This document shows positions 1 through 12,766 of a DNA stretch of 64,000 bases, piece by piece. Each line of letters opens with the position of its first letter. Positions within the stretch are counted from its first letter, which is position 1. The notes below the pieces were generated by a model that was not told where the DNA came from, made no database searches, and saw only the letters and a list, made by a program, of their open reading frames with translations. The stretch is taken from contig JAQFVV010000003.1 of the NCBI GenBank assembly GCA_028023455.1, positions 4,464,001 to 4,528,000 of the forward strand. Reading direction: 5' to 3'. This DNA is from Epiperipatus broadwayi (taxonomy: Eukaryota; Animalia; Onychophora). The position numbers and the translations under genes are program-made.

Positions 1-1229
1 ACATTTATACACATTACAGGTAACCTGTATTTGAATCAAGACCAAGTAAATGTACAATTTTTTCATCAGATATATAATTTTTTTGGTTAGTTATACTATA
101 GTCAACTCAACTAATCATTCAATATTGAGTAGTAAATAGGCATCTAGCTATTTTAAGCAAAAGAAAACACAAGGATAGAAAAATAATCAATCATAAATAC
201 ATGGAAATTATTATGCCTGATAACTATTACTATTTTCTCCTTCATTGTTGTTATGAAATGCTATTGGAAAAACTTTCACTTTGCACTGTACTATTTAAAG
301 ATTTATTTTATATATATATTATGATAATAAAATTTACAAATATTTATTAAGGCATAGCTGAAACTAATTAGTTTCTGCTTTGTAAATCTTAGATAACTAT
401 TAATCTTATGAATAAATAATATATAAAGCATTAATGCACTTTATTTAGTTAGCAACTAAAATTAAGAAAATGGATATACACATTGATTAAATGTGTAAAC
501 TCTTATTATGAACAATGTTTGAGTGCTAATTAAATAAAGATGCTTTATAGTTTATATAATCAATTTAATATATTGCTAATTATGCAATTATAATTTGCTT
601 ATATTTATATAATTTAACACAGTATTTGATGAAATAAACATAAGACTCATATATACATAATCAATTATATATCTTTAATTCGGCTATTATTTGATAAAAT
701 TAGAAAAGATTTTGATAAGATCTTCATCTTGTAATCTATTTTGGTTTCTCATCTATTCAATAAACTCATCCTCACAACTTAATAACTACATAAATAATAT
801 AATCCTTATTTATGTATGTTAACTTTTAACTTTTGAATATTTTTTACTCATGCCTATACATGCATGAAACAATGAGAAATGCAGAAATATCCAATAATAA
901 TAAGGTTAAACAATTATACTTCACTTTAATAAATCTTACTGTGAAAAATTTACATTTATATGTAATATAATATATTATAATGGTTATAAAAGAAGAATAA
1001 AGAGCATATTTAAATATTATTTTTTAACTTTTCTGCTTGAATGTTAACTTTTGGTTTGTCTTTTTCAGGGTAATTGAAATTTTTATGGGTTGTTATTTTT
1101 TATGATATTTACACTTTTCTGGTGTTTATTTATTCACTGAAGTTTTTGATGATATTTTGTATATAAATACCAATATTTAGGCATTTTTTATAGTTGGTCA
1201 TAATCAGGATACCTCCTTCTAAGCATACA

Positions 1230-1717
1230 GTTTATATATATATACATCAATAAAAATAATAAATATAATGGTAATTAACTATTATATACAGTCTTTCAAT
1301 TCACAGAAGTACTTTTAGTTAATTCCTTAACCCTTCCAACTGCCATTAAATTTCAAAAACAATGGAAGCAAAAGACATTAACTCAAATCCCATGACTCCT
1401 GATTTTTATTGTTAGCAGCTTGTTTATTAATTAAATTCATTTTATTCCTATTTATTAAAATTGCCTCCTTAATTTTTTTTTATTATGGTTTCTCTCTTCA
1501 TGAAGAATCTTAATACTTTCAATATAAAACTTAAATTTATATTTACATGTCCTTTCATGATCCAAAAAAACTGAAGTAGTCATTAAATTACTATTATTTT
1601 TACTTTTCACATGCTTGTATAACAATTCATGCTCCTTTAATCTTTTTTCAATATTGCATTTTGATTCACTTATATATGATAACATATATCCACAAAAAAT
1701 TTGATAAACAACATTAG
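1230..1717 (-). mobile_element. Penelope-like element family A, GIY-YIG endonuclease end plus pseudo-LTR (decayed)
   Basis: Minus translation NVVYQIFCGYMLSYISESKCNIEKRLKEH...DHERTC..F..ESIKILHEE..K matches the GIY-YIG module of PLEs. It continues in frame with 2885-3215 once the TIR element at 1718-2884 and one TSD are removed. Confidence 0.85.
1303..1344 (-). ncRNA. Degenerate minimal hammerhead-like motif in PLE-A pseudo-LTR
   Basis: GGCAG-TTGGAAG-GGTT(aaggaatt)AACT-AAAA-GTAC-TT-CTGT has HHR topology and the stem-III palindrome AAGTACTT, but both catalytic boxes are mutated. A sister remnant is at 4489-4530 (+). Confidence 0.4.
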
Positions 1718-1830
1718 GGTACTTATAACCTAATTGAGCTTGACCACTTGATGGCATTCTGGCTCGCCAAAACACCTAACAAATGCCGTTTACAAGGCCT
1801 TCATTATGGCTATTTGTCTTAGCCATTAGA

Positions 1831-1870
1831 AGGCCGTTGATGATGACATAACGCAGAAATATTACGGCCT
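1831..1870 (+). ncRNA. Putative minimal hammerhead motif inside the TIR element
   Basis: AGGCCG-TTGATGA-TG(acataacg)CA-GAAA-TAT-TA-CGGCCT: perfect 6-bp stem I, U3-variant core, GAAA, palindrome AATATT. Stem II is only 2 bp. Confidence 0.45.
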
Positions 1871-2404
1871 ATTTCTGCTTTGTGACAGTTATTGTGAATC
1901 CACACACTTATCTTTCATGTACAGTTTGATATATATATATATGTGTATATTTTGATTAGTCAAATTTTTACAATATACGTTACACAATCTTTGTATTTGT
2001 AATGAATTTAAGAAACCTGACTTTATAGTAATTTTCCAAATGGCCACACCCTTATTTAGAGAAGGTGTAATGTGTAAAAGCTTGCCGAGAGTACGTCAAA
2101 GGAATTCGGCCGAGTTCGCGTGCGAAATCTCGTTTTCATGTGAAATACCACGTAGTTCATAAAATGTCTGGCGATCGTAACTTTTTCCGCAGTTGCCGAA
2201 AACAAAAGCCGAGTATTTCTGCTGTCCAATAAAAATATACATGATTTTTTGTAAATTTCATAGAAAGCACATATTATAAACATGTTTAATAAGTAAAGAA
2301 GACATTTATATGTGTTTGTTGTTGTTTAAAAAAGTTTGAGTTTCTTTCTTTTGTCCGACTACGGTTATGATATTTTTTATTTTAGCATTACAAACAACAG
2401 AACA

Positions 2405-2466
2405 CTAACCCTAAAACTAACCCTAAACTAACCCTAAAACTAACCCTAAAACTAACCCTAACCCTA
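2405..2466. repeat. Telomere-like minisatellite (CTAACCCTAAAA)n
   Basis: About 4.5 copies of a 12-bp unit ending in TAACCCTAACCCT (TTAGGG on the minus strand), internal to the TIR element. Confidence 0.85.
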
Positions 2467-2884
2467 CACAATTGTTTTGTTATGTAGAAAGCAATAATTA
2501 AGGGAAAGGAGGAATGATGATAATTTGTCCAAAAACAGCGATTAAAAAAAAAAAAAGGTTGTCGTTTACCAATAATTAAGCGAAAGACATCACTAAATAG
2601 ACATCGCAGAGTAGCAGCTTTGTCAAAAAACAGTGATTTAAAAATAAAAAAAAGCTTGTCGTTTACTAAATCCAAAATTAAAATTAAACAACTTTTTAAA
2701 TAAAAAAAAAGTTATATAAATTAACGGTAAACAACTTTTTAAATAAAAAAAAGTTATAGCAATCCATAAATTAATAACCAAAAAAAAAACAGCGATTCGA
2801 TTTAAAAATAACGCATTGTATTGTATTATTTTTGACTGCCAACAACATCATCAAGTGGCCAAGCCCAATTATGTTATAATTACC

Positions 2885-3215
2885 AACATTAGTTTTCTGC
2901 TTAACAGGGATGACACTTTTAGAATTATTCACTAATTTATTCACATTATTTGTAACACAAAATGAAACCTTAAACACATCCTTATATATATCCTTACAAA
3001 ATTTCACTTGAGCACTTAAAATATATGGAATAGATATCAATTTTTTATTATCAATCTTCAATTCCTTTAAATCATTATAATACTTTTTAAATTATCATAA
3101 AATATTATTAATCTGTTCAATCTTATAACCAACTTCAAGCAATTTCTTGGCAAATATCTCAATATTTTTTAATTTATCACACTGGTAATGATATAATTTT
3201 TCATTACGAACCAAA
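2885..3215 (-). mobile_element. PLE family A, linker region upstream of GIY-YIG
   Basis: Translation ...KKLISIPYILSAQVKFCKDIYKDVFKVSFCVTNNVNKLVNNSKSVIPVKQKTNV is the PY-containing linker typical of PLE ORFs. An inverted partial copy lies at about 3285-3457 (+). Confidence 0.75.
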
Positions 3216-3479
3216 AAATGTGATATATAAATTGTAAATCAAAAGTACCAGTTATGCATGAGATGCCAAGTTTTAGATCTTTTTTGTTTCATAATAAAAA
3301 ATTATATCATTATCATGTGATAAATTAAAAAATATTGAGATATTTGCCAAAGACATGTTTGAAGTTTGTTATAAGATTGAACAGATTAACAAAGCTTTAT
3401 TGCCAATTTAAAAAGAGCTATAATGATTTAAGAAGTTGAATATTGATAGTAAGAAATGTATATATATATATATATATAA

Positions 3480-3995
3480 AACACCAAACCTGTCTAACAC
3501 TATACTAGCAAAAATAAAAATGCAAAACCATAAAACAATACAATACTAGATTAAATCCAAAATTTTATCAAAATCCTTACACAACCATGGTTTCATTTAC
3601 TACAAGTAGTCCTTCTCAAGTGAAAATCAAACTAAATGAAATAACATATATATACAAACAAACAAACCTTCCCATAATTTATTTCAAACTCCATCTTCCT
3701 TTAATATCAAAAGAAGTCTTCATAAGATTGATGGCCGCAGAATCAAGAAGATTTAACATCAAAGTCTCCTTTATTCTTCTTTTCAATTCATTCTTTCATA
3801 AAAAATAACCGAAGCATTGTTAAACAATCTTCTATGACCTGTATTAAATTCATGAATATATAAAGCTGAGTCAAGATACCTATGTTTAACTCTACTTATA
3901 TGAACCTTAATCCTTTCATTAAGGCTAAACTTACTCTGGCCTACATAAAACTTACCACAACTACATGGAATCTTATAAACAATATCAGAAATAGA
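3480..3995 (-). mobile_element. Penelope-like element family B, GIY-YIG end plus pseudo-LTR (decayed)
   Basis: Minus translation SDIVYKIPCSCGKFYVGQSKFSLNERIKVH...SALYIH...GH...(frameshift)RRIKETL, a clear GIY-YIG. Ends at the (TA)n run near 3458-3477. Confidence 0.85.
3578..3624 (-). ncRNA. Hammerhead-like motif in PLE-B pseudo-LTR
   Basis: CAC-TTGAGAAGG-ACTAC(tt)GTAGT-aaat-GAAA-CCATGG-TT-GTG: GAAA box and palindromic stem III are intact, the CUGANGA box is degenerate. Confidence 0.5.
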
Positions 3996-4009
3996 CCTAT
4001 TATCTGATA

Positions 4010-4580
4010 GTATATATATAAGGATGTGTTTAATGGTTCATTTTGTGTTACAGATATCATGAATAAGTTAGTGAATAATTAAAAAAATATTGTATCTGTC
4101 AAGCAGAAAAGTAGTGTTGTTATCAAATTTTTTGTTGATGTATATTATCATATATAGGTGAATCAAGGTGCAGCATTGAAAAAAGATTAACGGAGCATGA
4201 ATTATTGTACAAGCATGTGAAAAGTAAAAATAATAGTAATAATTTAATGATTGCTTCAGTTTTCTTGGATCACGAAAGGACATGTAAATAAAAATTTAAG
4301 TTTGATATTAAAAGTGTTAAGATTCTTCATGAAGACAGAAGCCATAATAAAATAAAAATTAAAGAGGCAATTTTAATAAATAGAAATGAAATGAGTATAA
4401 TTAATAGAAAAGCTGCTAAAGTTCAAATTCAGGAGTCATGGGATTTGAGTTGATGATATTTGCTTCTATTATGTTTTTTGAATTTAATGGCAGTTGATTA
4501 GGATTAAGGAATTAACCAATAGTACTGCAGAATGAAAGACTGTACATAATAGTCAATTACCATTATATTTATTGTTATTA
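4010..4580 (+). mobile_element. PLE family A, second copy in opposite orientation
   Basis: Reverse-complement homologue of 1250-1717 joined to 2885-2990 without the TIR insertion (KQKSSVVYQIFC...YIGESRCSIEKRLTEH, with frameshifts and stops). Confidence 0.85.
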
Positions 4581-5149
4581 CAATACTTTTTAATTAATAG
4601 ACATTTTATTTGGGTGTGTGTATATATATATTGTTAATTCTAATATTCTCATGGATAAATAAATTCATAGTACTATTTTTGGGAACTCTGAGGAAAGTAC
4701 TTGTTATTGTACAAAAATGTTAGCTATTTAGCTATTATATTTTTATTACATGGAAATTCCCAGAAATAATATTATGAATATATATATATTATAATGGACA
4801 GAAAGATTCACCTGGATATATAGATGAGATTCAACAATCAACTGGTTCGATCACAATGTATGACCACCTTACACAAAGTCTATGTGTGATGGTACACCTA
4901 TCTATCGAGCCCCAAAGTTGATGGCGCCAGATATAATGGACGGAATGATTACCACTAGCCCCAAACATTGCTGACACCAGATATAATGGACAGTACTCTT
5001 CATCAGCAATCATAAGCTAACCAAGCCCAATGATGGTGTGCCAGATGTAACGGATGGTCAACTAACTTGCAGACTATAATACTATGCAGATGTAGCAATC
5101 TGGTGTGGGATAAGTGAATATGCTCTAATTTATTGCTCCTAATGACACA

Positions 5150-5420
5150 ATCTGCAGAGACCTACCAGGCTTAGAAGGGAGAAAAGTTGCATCTAACTAT
5201 GGTCAGACTTTGGGTCTTCTAGTAGAATGCTAATGAGAACTGATGAAATGCTTAACCAATGATTGCATACACTTTAATTGACTGACTATATCCCTATTTA
5301 ATAATATTAAATGCAATTTAGGTTAGTTCATCCACTTTCCCCCTTTTCAATTCCGTTATGCCCTAATATTCAAGCCCAGAGAGAATATTGCTTTTGACTC
5401 CTTTAACAGGTATGAACAGA
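5150..5420 (+). mobile_element. Ty3/gypsy RNase H C-terminal relic
   Basis: TDYIP...FQFRYALIFKPRENIAFDSFNR resembles TDHxPL...FxYxIxYKPGxxNxxADALSR. Many stops. Confidence 0.5.
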
Positions 5421-8400
5421 TACACACAGCAACTCCTGCACCTATATATAGGTTACAACTAGCATTTATTATATTTGATTACATTAAAGTATTTATATGA
5501 CAAGAAAAATAGATGTGTGTGCATGCATAATTGTTTATAGACTGTGGAATGTCAGGACAACTCAATAAACCAGAGACGGGAATAATATAAACTCTTAAAC
5601 ATTTATTAACAATAATAAACAACATAAAGTATAATAACAATAGTACTGATAAACAAAAAATAAAAAATAATAATGATCATATGTACATGTGTCACATGTG
5701 AACCTCTACCATTTTACTAATTAATGATTCTCCAGATCCAACCCTTATACCCCATGGTAGAAATCCATCTATGTCACTCATTCTTTACAAATCATAATTA
5801 TATAGAAAAATAAACTTTAGTAATTTAAGATAATTGAGATGCTGGCTAGCTAAATTATATATTTACAGATGTTAACAATCTATTTAACAAGTCCCCCCCC
5901 CCCATTTATATATATGATAGAGATAGAAATTAATACTAGTTGATTAGTCAAACATACTGGAAAATATATACAAGGTTAATCAACAAAATAAAACATATAA
6001 TATGTATTCTGTATAAGTGTTGCAATTTAATCTATGAAAATAAATGTAGAGAATCTTACCTTACTATTTATGTGGATAACCTGATGTGAAGCAGGTGGGT
6101 TAACCTAAATTTTATTTACAATGAAAATATAAAAATATCAAAGTGAATAATCCCCCTTTCTTCTTTGCTAATTCTAAAAAAAAAAATGAAGCTTCAGCAT
6201 CAGAGTGTGAAAATACAACAGATAACAAGATTAAAAAAAATAAAACAAAAATTTACAATGTTAATTTCTTGATTAAAAAATTGTAATTGGAACAAAGTTC
6301 ATAAAAATCATCCTAATAGAAGTAGTAGTTGATAGTTAGGCAAGTTGTTCTTCAAAGCAGTTTCACTTAGTAAATCATTTTCCTTAGCAAGGATAGATAG
6401 GTACAATGGTGTCTCCTGTAGTTGTGTTTAATGGTAAACACCTTGATCCTTATTTGATTCACCATTAAGTATTCCAATGCTTGTTTACTTTGGACTGCAG
6501 GCATCTTCTTGTGTGTTTACAATAAAGTAGAAAAATAAATAAATAAATAAATAAATAGAGGTTTAATGCAGCTGTAGGAAATAATATGATGCACAATAGC
6601 ATGTTTTGCTTTAGCCCATATTCATATTAAAGTACAATTCAATAATTATTTGTAATCATAAATTTATATTGGATAATATAGAAGCACTTTACGTATATAT
6701 ATATTAAGAAAATTATTTCATTTTTCTTTCCCAATTTTCAGCAGATTAATTTTCGTTATTCTTTTTGAAAAGATTTAAAATATTAAAAGTTACTCCAACA
6801 ACTTTTAAAACATGCTTTAATTATTACAAAATTTATCAGTTATTCTTACTTCTTATTTCACTTTCTTTCCTCTGAATTTGGTAAACTTTTAGTTACAGCA
6901 TTTGACTTTTAAAAATGTTTATGATTTAAATAAAAGAAAAAGCAAAACTCCATTTTAGCATTCTAAATTTTAGTTTTAACTCCTGTCTATTGTTATAGCT
7001 GCTATATTTTTTTTATAAGAAGAACGATTTGTAAAAAGTTTCTATTTTTATATAAAATGCTGAGAATCTCCTGAAACGCTGAGATTTTAAACTGCCTATT
7101 GTTTAAATACATTTAGATTTTTAAATGCTTATTGTTTAAATACATTTCATTTATTACAGATAAAAAAAAAAAATAAAATAATAAAATCAGTTTTATTTTC
7201 ACACATGGCCACCTAACTTAACCTCAGGCTATCCCTAAATCATTTGATTATAAATTAATATCCAAAATTTTTTTAAAAATATATATACATCACAGTTTAT
7301 TAATCAAATAGTTTATATATATACAATATTACTTTCTAAAATATTGATCGTATTAAATTTATTATAAAGCAATAATTTATTGTACATTATATGTATATAT
7401 GTAATAATAACAAACAAATAATCTTCCCATTATTAATATAAATTCCAAATGGATTGGGTTCAATAAATAGGCTTGATCTTTTTAGGAATATGTGCATTGT
7501 AAGGTACCCTTTACATATTGGAATGAATAATGTAGTTAGGTATGTTAAAAAAACCTAGTCTTTATTTTTTATTTCATGTTTTATACACTATTCAAAAGTA
7601 ATAAGAATAATTTATGGAAAGTTCTAAGTTTACTGGCACAATCATACAAATGCACAATCCCAATGAACCATACAAAGTCATTTTTATTTTAATGGTCTGA
7701 TAGCCATGAACATCAGAAATTCTGTTATAATTGTAGAACATTTATGGCATACTTACCATATAAACATATTATTGTGTTTTCCTTTAAATAACTTACTAAG
7801 TATTTATAAATAAAAAAACAAATGTAATATGTGTTTAGCAAATGAAATTAATTTATTAAAAAAATAACAGAATAATGTTGTCATAATGATCAATGGTATT
7901 TAAATTCACATATCAAAAATTGACAAATGCAAACTTACCAGTGTCAATAATCATAAACTAAACATAAAATAATACTGATACAAAGCCATTATCAAAACAA
8001 CCCATGCAATGAATGCTTATGTGAAAGAACAATGGGTGAAATGCATCATAAATAAGAAACAAACTTACTTATGGAAGTGAAAATTAAAGTAACAGCAATA
8101 ATACAATAACTGCCAATAATATAATATATATATATTTAGAGAGAATACCTACACTAATTCATCATTAAAATAAGCTGTACATTATAATGCATAAAGAAAT
8201 CATCCATGCCTTCATTAAAGTATTTAAAAAAACAAATCAACGGAGTCAATAAGCTTCATAGAAGGTTACACCGGATATCAACAATAAACCATAAATTAAA
8301 TACTTCCAATCACTCAATATTTAAAACTTGTTAATGCATGCAACATCAGCCAATATTTACATAATAAACAAATATCCAATAGGTAACTGGTTGTCAGGTG

Positions 8401-9374
8401 AAGATAAAATTCAGAAATTAAATTTATATTTAACAAATTAATGTTCCATACACTGGTGTTGATTCAGTGAATTTTTATCAAGCAAACATTTTGAATATCA
8501 CATGATTTTGAAGATAAGTAAATAACAAAAGCATTCCCATATGATTTTAAATCATCAGATCTTCAAATTTTTTATAGTTTCATTCCTTTTAAAAGTGCAT
8601 TTTAAGATGATAAATATAGTTAGATGTTTAGTTCTCCATTTAGAACAGGTTTAAGGAACATTTGTCATACTCTATTATCATGGTGTGGCAAGATGCCAAT
8701 ATGAATAATTTTAAAATTAAGCACAATATGGTGCAATTGAAATCAGTTAATAAAAAAACCAAACAATTCTTAACATATAGTTTTATTTATAGGTTTGCAT
8801 TATACGATCAATGCAATCATCATCTTTCATTCAAAATTCTTCTTTCTTTTGACTTTTTATAGGAAAGTTTTACCATACTTGCTAGAAAATGATAAGTCAT
8901 TATGTGATATTTGGAAGTTTTAAAATTATATAGCACCAATTTATAGAATGAAATTATTAAAACATTTTAAATAATATATTTAAAACAATTTATATATCAT
9001 ATTACCTTAATTAATGAAATAAAAATGTTTTATAAATAAATATTTATGTTATAAGTATTAAAATAAATGATTTGACTATATTTATTTTCAAGTTGTCATT
9101 ATACCAATATTCTATTACCAATAATTATATATAATTAATTTTATTTAAGTATTTTAAAGTTAATTACATTTAAGAATTAAAATTATTTATGCACACACAC
9201 ATTTATTTAAATATAAAGTTTAAATTTTCTACAATTATTCAGTGTAATTTAAAATCATGTAGGTACAATAATAAAGTTACTAGCCATCTTGAATAAGTTT
9301 AATAATTCACTTTATATGGCAATATTATTAATGAGTTAATATCACTTGTATATCAGTATACTTAACTATAATAC

Positions 9375-9458
<84 letters not shown>

Positions 9459-9478
9459 TAACAATAATAATAATTAAC

Positions 9479-9514
<36 letters not shown>

Positions 9515-9520
9515 TAACAA
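9375..9520. repeat. (AAT)n microsatellite
   Basis: Direct reading; interrupted by TAACAAT units at the right end. Confidence 0.95.
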
Positions 9521-10304
9521 TATTTGTGATATTGATAAGCTACCAAATTTTTAGGTCTGTTTATAACTGTTAATTTGAACACATTAAATACCATTACATT
9601 TGCTTTTCTCTCATGAAAAATTTTTTTTATTGGCTTAGACACTTTTATGAACTTGGAATAAAATCAACAAAACATATAATGGTATAATCTGCAGTAAGCA
9701 TATACCTTTATTACAAACATGGCATGAGTTTTAGATAACATGCATTATAGGTGTCTTTTATCATATTTGGAGTTTTTAGTAAGAAAGCAATTTCTCCCAT
9801 TTTTCTTTTAATTTGGGAGAGATCACTCATATACATTGTAAATGTTTTTGAACTTATGCTTTTGTGGATTAATATTCTGGGGAAGGGGAGGAGTACAGTC
9901 AAAGACGAAATAATTAACTTTAAACACATACAGTTGTTCTTTTGCTTGATTTATCTATTTACGACTCATTTCTCTTAAGTTTATATTATTTTGATTAATA
10001 TTGACTTCATGATCAACTTCTATTATAGTAGGTAAGGAAATTTCAATTATTAATGGCTTATTCTTCCTAAACTGTAACTTAATGGGTATAAATTTAGTGG
10101 GCTTGCTTGTGTCATATTAACATAATTAATTACTTTTTTTTTAAAAATGTTTTTAAAATTTTTGGCTTGTTCAAGAATGGTAAAAAGAAAAGCTGTCTTT
10201 TTTTTAAAAAAGGTGGGGAGGGCAGATTTTTATTAATTATTTATATTGTTGAAAAATTATATTTTTTATATTGTTTAAAAAGTAAGTAGTTTGATATATA
10301 TAGT

Positions 10305-10730
10305 AAGATGGAACCATTAAACACTTAACTACTTCAACCCTAACATCCACAATAACAACATTCTCTATATATAACATAAAGTAAGTTATATGTATAAAGA
10401 GAATGTAAATCAGAAGAAACATATTACTGAAAGATGAAAATGTTCACAAACATTGTAGTTGAGAAACATTTAAGTGTTACTATAATTAAATATTCAACAA
10501 ATGTGTGATAAAATACATAATCCAAACTAAACTATAAAATTTAAATATTGATACTTATCTTTATTATAAAAACCTCTTGTTAATTTCTTTTTAATATATA
10601 CATATTACAGAAATACAAGGAAAGCGAGAAAATCACAAAAATGTAAAGGAAGGAAATAATAAACAAATTTTTATTGTTATTAGTCCATTATATATATATA
10701 AATTGTAACACATGATGTAAATAATCAACT
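10305..10730. repeat. Interspersed repeat, unclassified; homologue at 23150-23540 plus 25341-25622
   Basis: Colinear similarity by eye (GAACCATTAAACAC...GAGAATGTAAA...TTTTTATTGTTATTA.TCC...AAATTGTAACACATGATGTAAATAATCAA). Confidence 0.8.
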
Positions 10731-11565
10731 CAATGCATAAAATTGAACTTGCCATTTGAAAGAGCCAAATTAACACTAAAAAGATCAACCTCATTTTGAT
10801 AATTGTCAATATATATATATTGTAACCTTCTGGATTGGCACCAAAAATATTGATCGTAATTATGTAGCACTGTTTCAGTAACAGCTTAAAAAAGAAATAA
10901 CCTGAAATTTAAATTTTTTTTTATTGATGACTTAAAAACTATGTTTAAAAGCACTTATAGATATAATTTGAAGGTTTTGAGATGTTTAATATTTGTCTTT
11001 AGTGATTAATTGATGATAGGAAGGGGGGTGGCTTGTCATAGAAGTTGTCAGTTTAGTTTAAGTTGATTCCAATTCATTTTATTTGTCTGCAGAACAGTAT
11101 TAATATTTGTTTAAATAGTTCTCTGGTTTATTTGATTATAATATTCTAATATATAGTGTAAATAGTACAATATTTTTGGCTCATCATCATAGAAATTTCA
11201 TTTCAGTTAGATTAGTTTAGTATCTGTGAATGTTCATGGGTGCTTATGCCATATTTCAGCTTCATTTTCTATTCATGTACTTCATTGTACCACCAAATAT
11301 CATGTCTCATATCAAAATATTTTGTTTCACAACCAATAACTTGATTAACCATCTTAGTTACATTTTAAATGAATTAATGGATCACTGGACTGGTGGATTA
11401 TTAAACAACAAATATACTATTAAATATTTTATTTGCTAAGATAATTATCATTAATTTTGTTCTGTTATTTTAGAAATACAGAATATTTTATTATTAGTTC
11501 AATTTAATATATATATATTTTTTTTACAAAAGACAAAAATTTTTTTCCTCTCTTTCTTTTTCAAG

Positions 11566-12766
11566 ACAAAAAAAAGTTTCTTGCATAATCTTCTGCTGAT
11601 GAAAATTTCAGTGCAAAGATGGAGCAATTCTGTGTCTAGAGACCTTTGAATTCTCAAATGACCTTGGATTATTGGAAGAACAGGTGCTTTGGGTAATAGT
11701 CTGGGACATATAAAAAGGGAAATCTTTTACAAGTAGAGAGATTTTATTTAACTTCACTAAGCTGTACGTTGCTTTCTGATTTCATTATAAAAGTTTCATT
11801 AGTACAATTTTGTTTTACAAGCTGATTCTTCCAGGACCCAAGTCTGAAAGTGAAAAACCATTGTTAATTCTCTAGAACATGAAAATGTAAACCAAAGTAG
11901 CAAGGTACATCTTCATTATTTTTAACTAGCTATTTTAAATTCTAAAATCATCGTTTGAGATATGTATGTGTGCTATATTATAAAACTATTTAACTTTAAA
12001 TTTTAACATGCAAGAAGTAAGAGAAATGCATGTTTACCTTTCTAAATTATTTTTCTTAAAACTTAAGCCTCATGTTAAAAAATTAACAGAAATGCATGCG
12101 TTCTTTTATTACATTGGAAAAATTTTGAAAAATTTCATAAAACGTCTCAGAGACTCTTTATTAATAAATTTTGCTAACTATAAAAGAATGAAATTTAAAT
12201 GGAAAGATGTGTGCAAATAATTTATTTTATCCTGTTTTGTTATTATTATTATTGTTTAAACATTTACCTAACCACTTGTATTAAATATATATATAAGAAC
12301 AGATGCATAATGTATACTTTAATGGATTAATTATTAACTTTCTCTCTCCATTTGTTCTGGAATAAATAAATAGAAGAGCATAAAATTGATTTGAATTTCT
12401 TTTATTTATTGTTCTCCTTATTTGCAGTTGAAGTTTCTTATTAAAATGTGTTATCAACAAACCTATGTGAATTTAAGTGGATTTTATGGACTTATTAGTT
12501 CTGTGCTTTATGAATGTCTTTTTAAAACTTAGAACAAATGCTTGAACCTATCTGATGACTTAAGTAATAAATTATTGCTACACTTACATTGTAATAAATA
12601 TTCATGGAGAATTCTCAAATGTAATATTGCCAGCGTTTCATTAGCTATTGCTAAAAACTTTGAATTGCTGTTAAATTGGATCCAAATTAATATTATTTTT
12701 CTCCCTGCAAGAACTTGTTATGTGTTGTCAATATTTATACTTGTATCAATCATCAAAATCATTTAG
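11566..12766 (+). pseudogene. Relic exon-like segments of an unidentified spliced gene (11566-11683, about 11822-11904, 12428-12766)
   Basis: Pyrimidine-rich acceptors. 12428-12766 is one 113-codon frame with a single internal TAG; 11566-11683 reads DKKKFLA*SSADENFSAKMEQFCV*RPLNSQMTLDYWKN. No family recognised. Confidence 0.35.

Larger units (their letters stand above)
1718..2884. mobile_element. Non-autonomous DNA transposon, 36-bp imperfect TIRs, 8-9 bp TSD (Merlin- or Mutator-like)
   Basis: Left end GGTACTTATAACCTAATTGAGCTTGACCACTTGATG vs reverse complement of right end GGTAATTATAACATAATTGGGCTTGGCCACTTGATG. Flanked by (C)AACATTAG at 1709/1710-1717 and 2884/2885-2892. No transposase ORF. 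Confidence 0.85.

Noticed and set aside
5550-5877. Solo LTR (TG...CA bounded)
   Set aside because: No TSD at the candidate ends and no second copy in the window.
7900-8600. Nuclear mitochondrial insertion (TGA read as Trp)
   Set aside because: Translation under a mitochondrial code gives no recognisable mitochondrial protein, and TAA stops remain.
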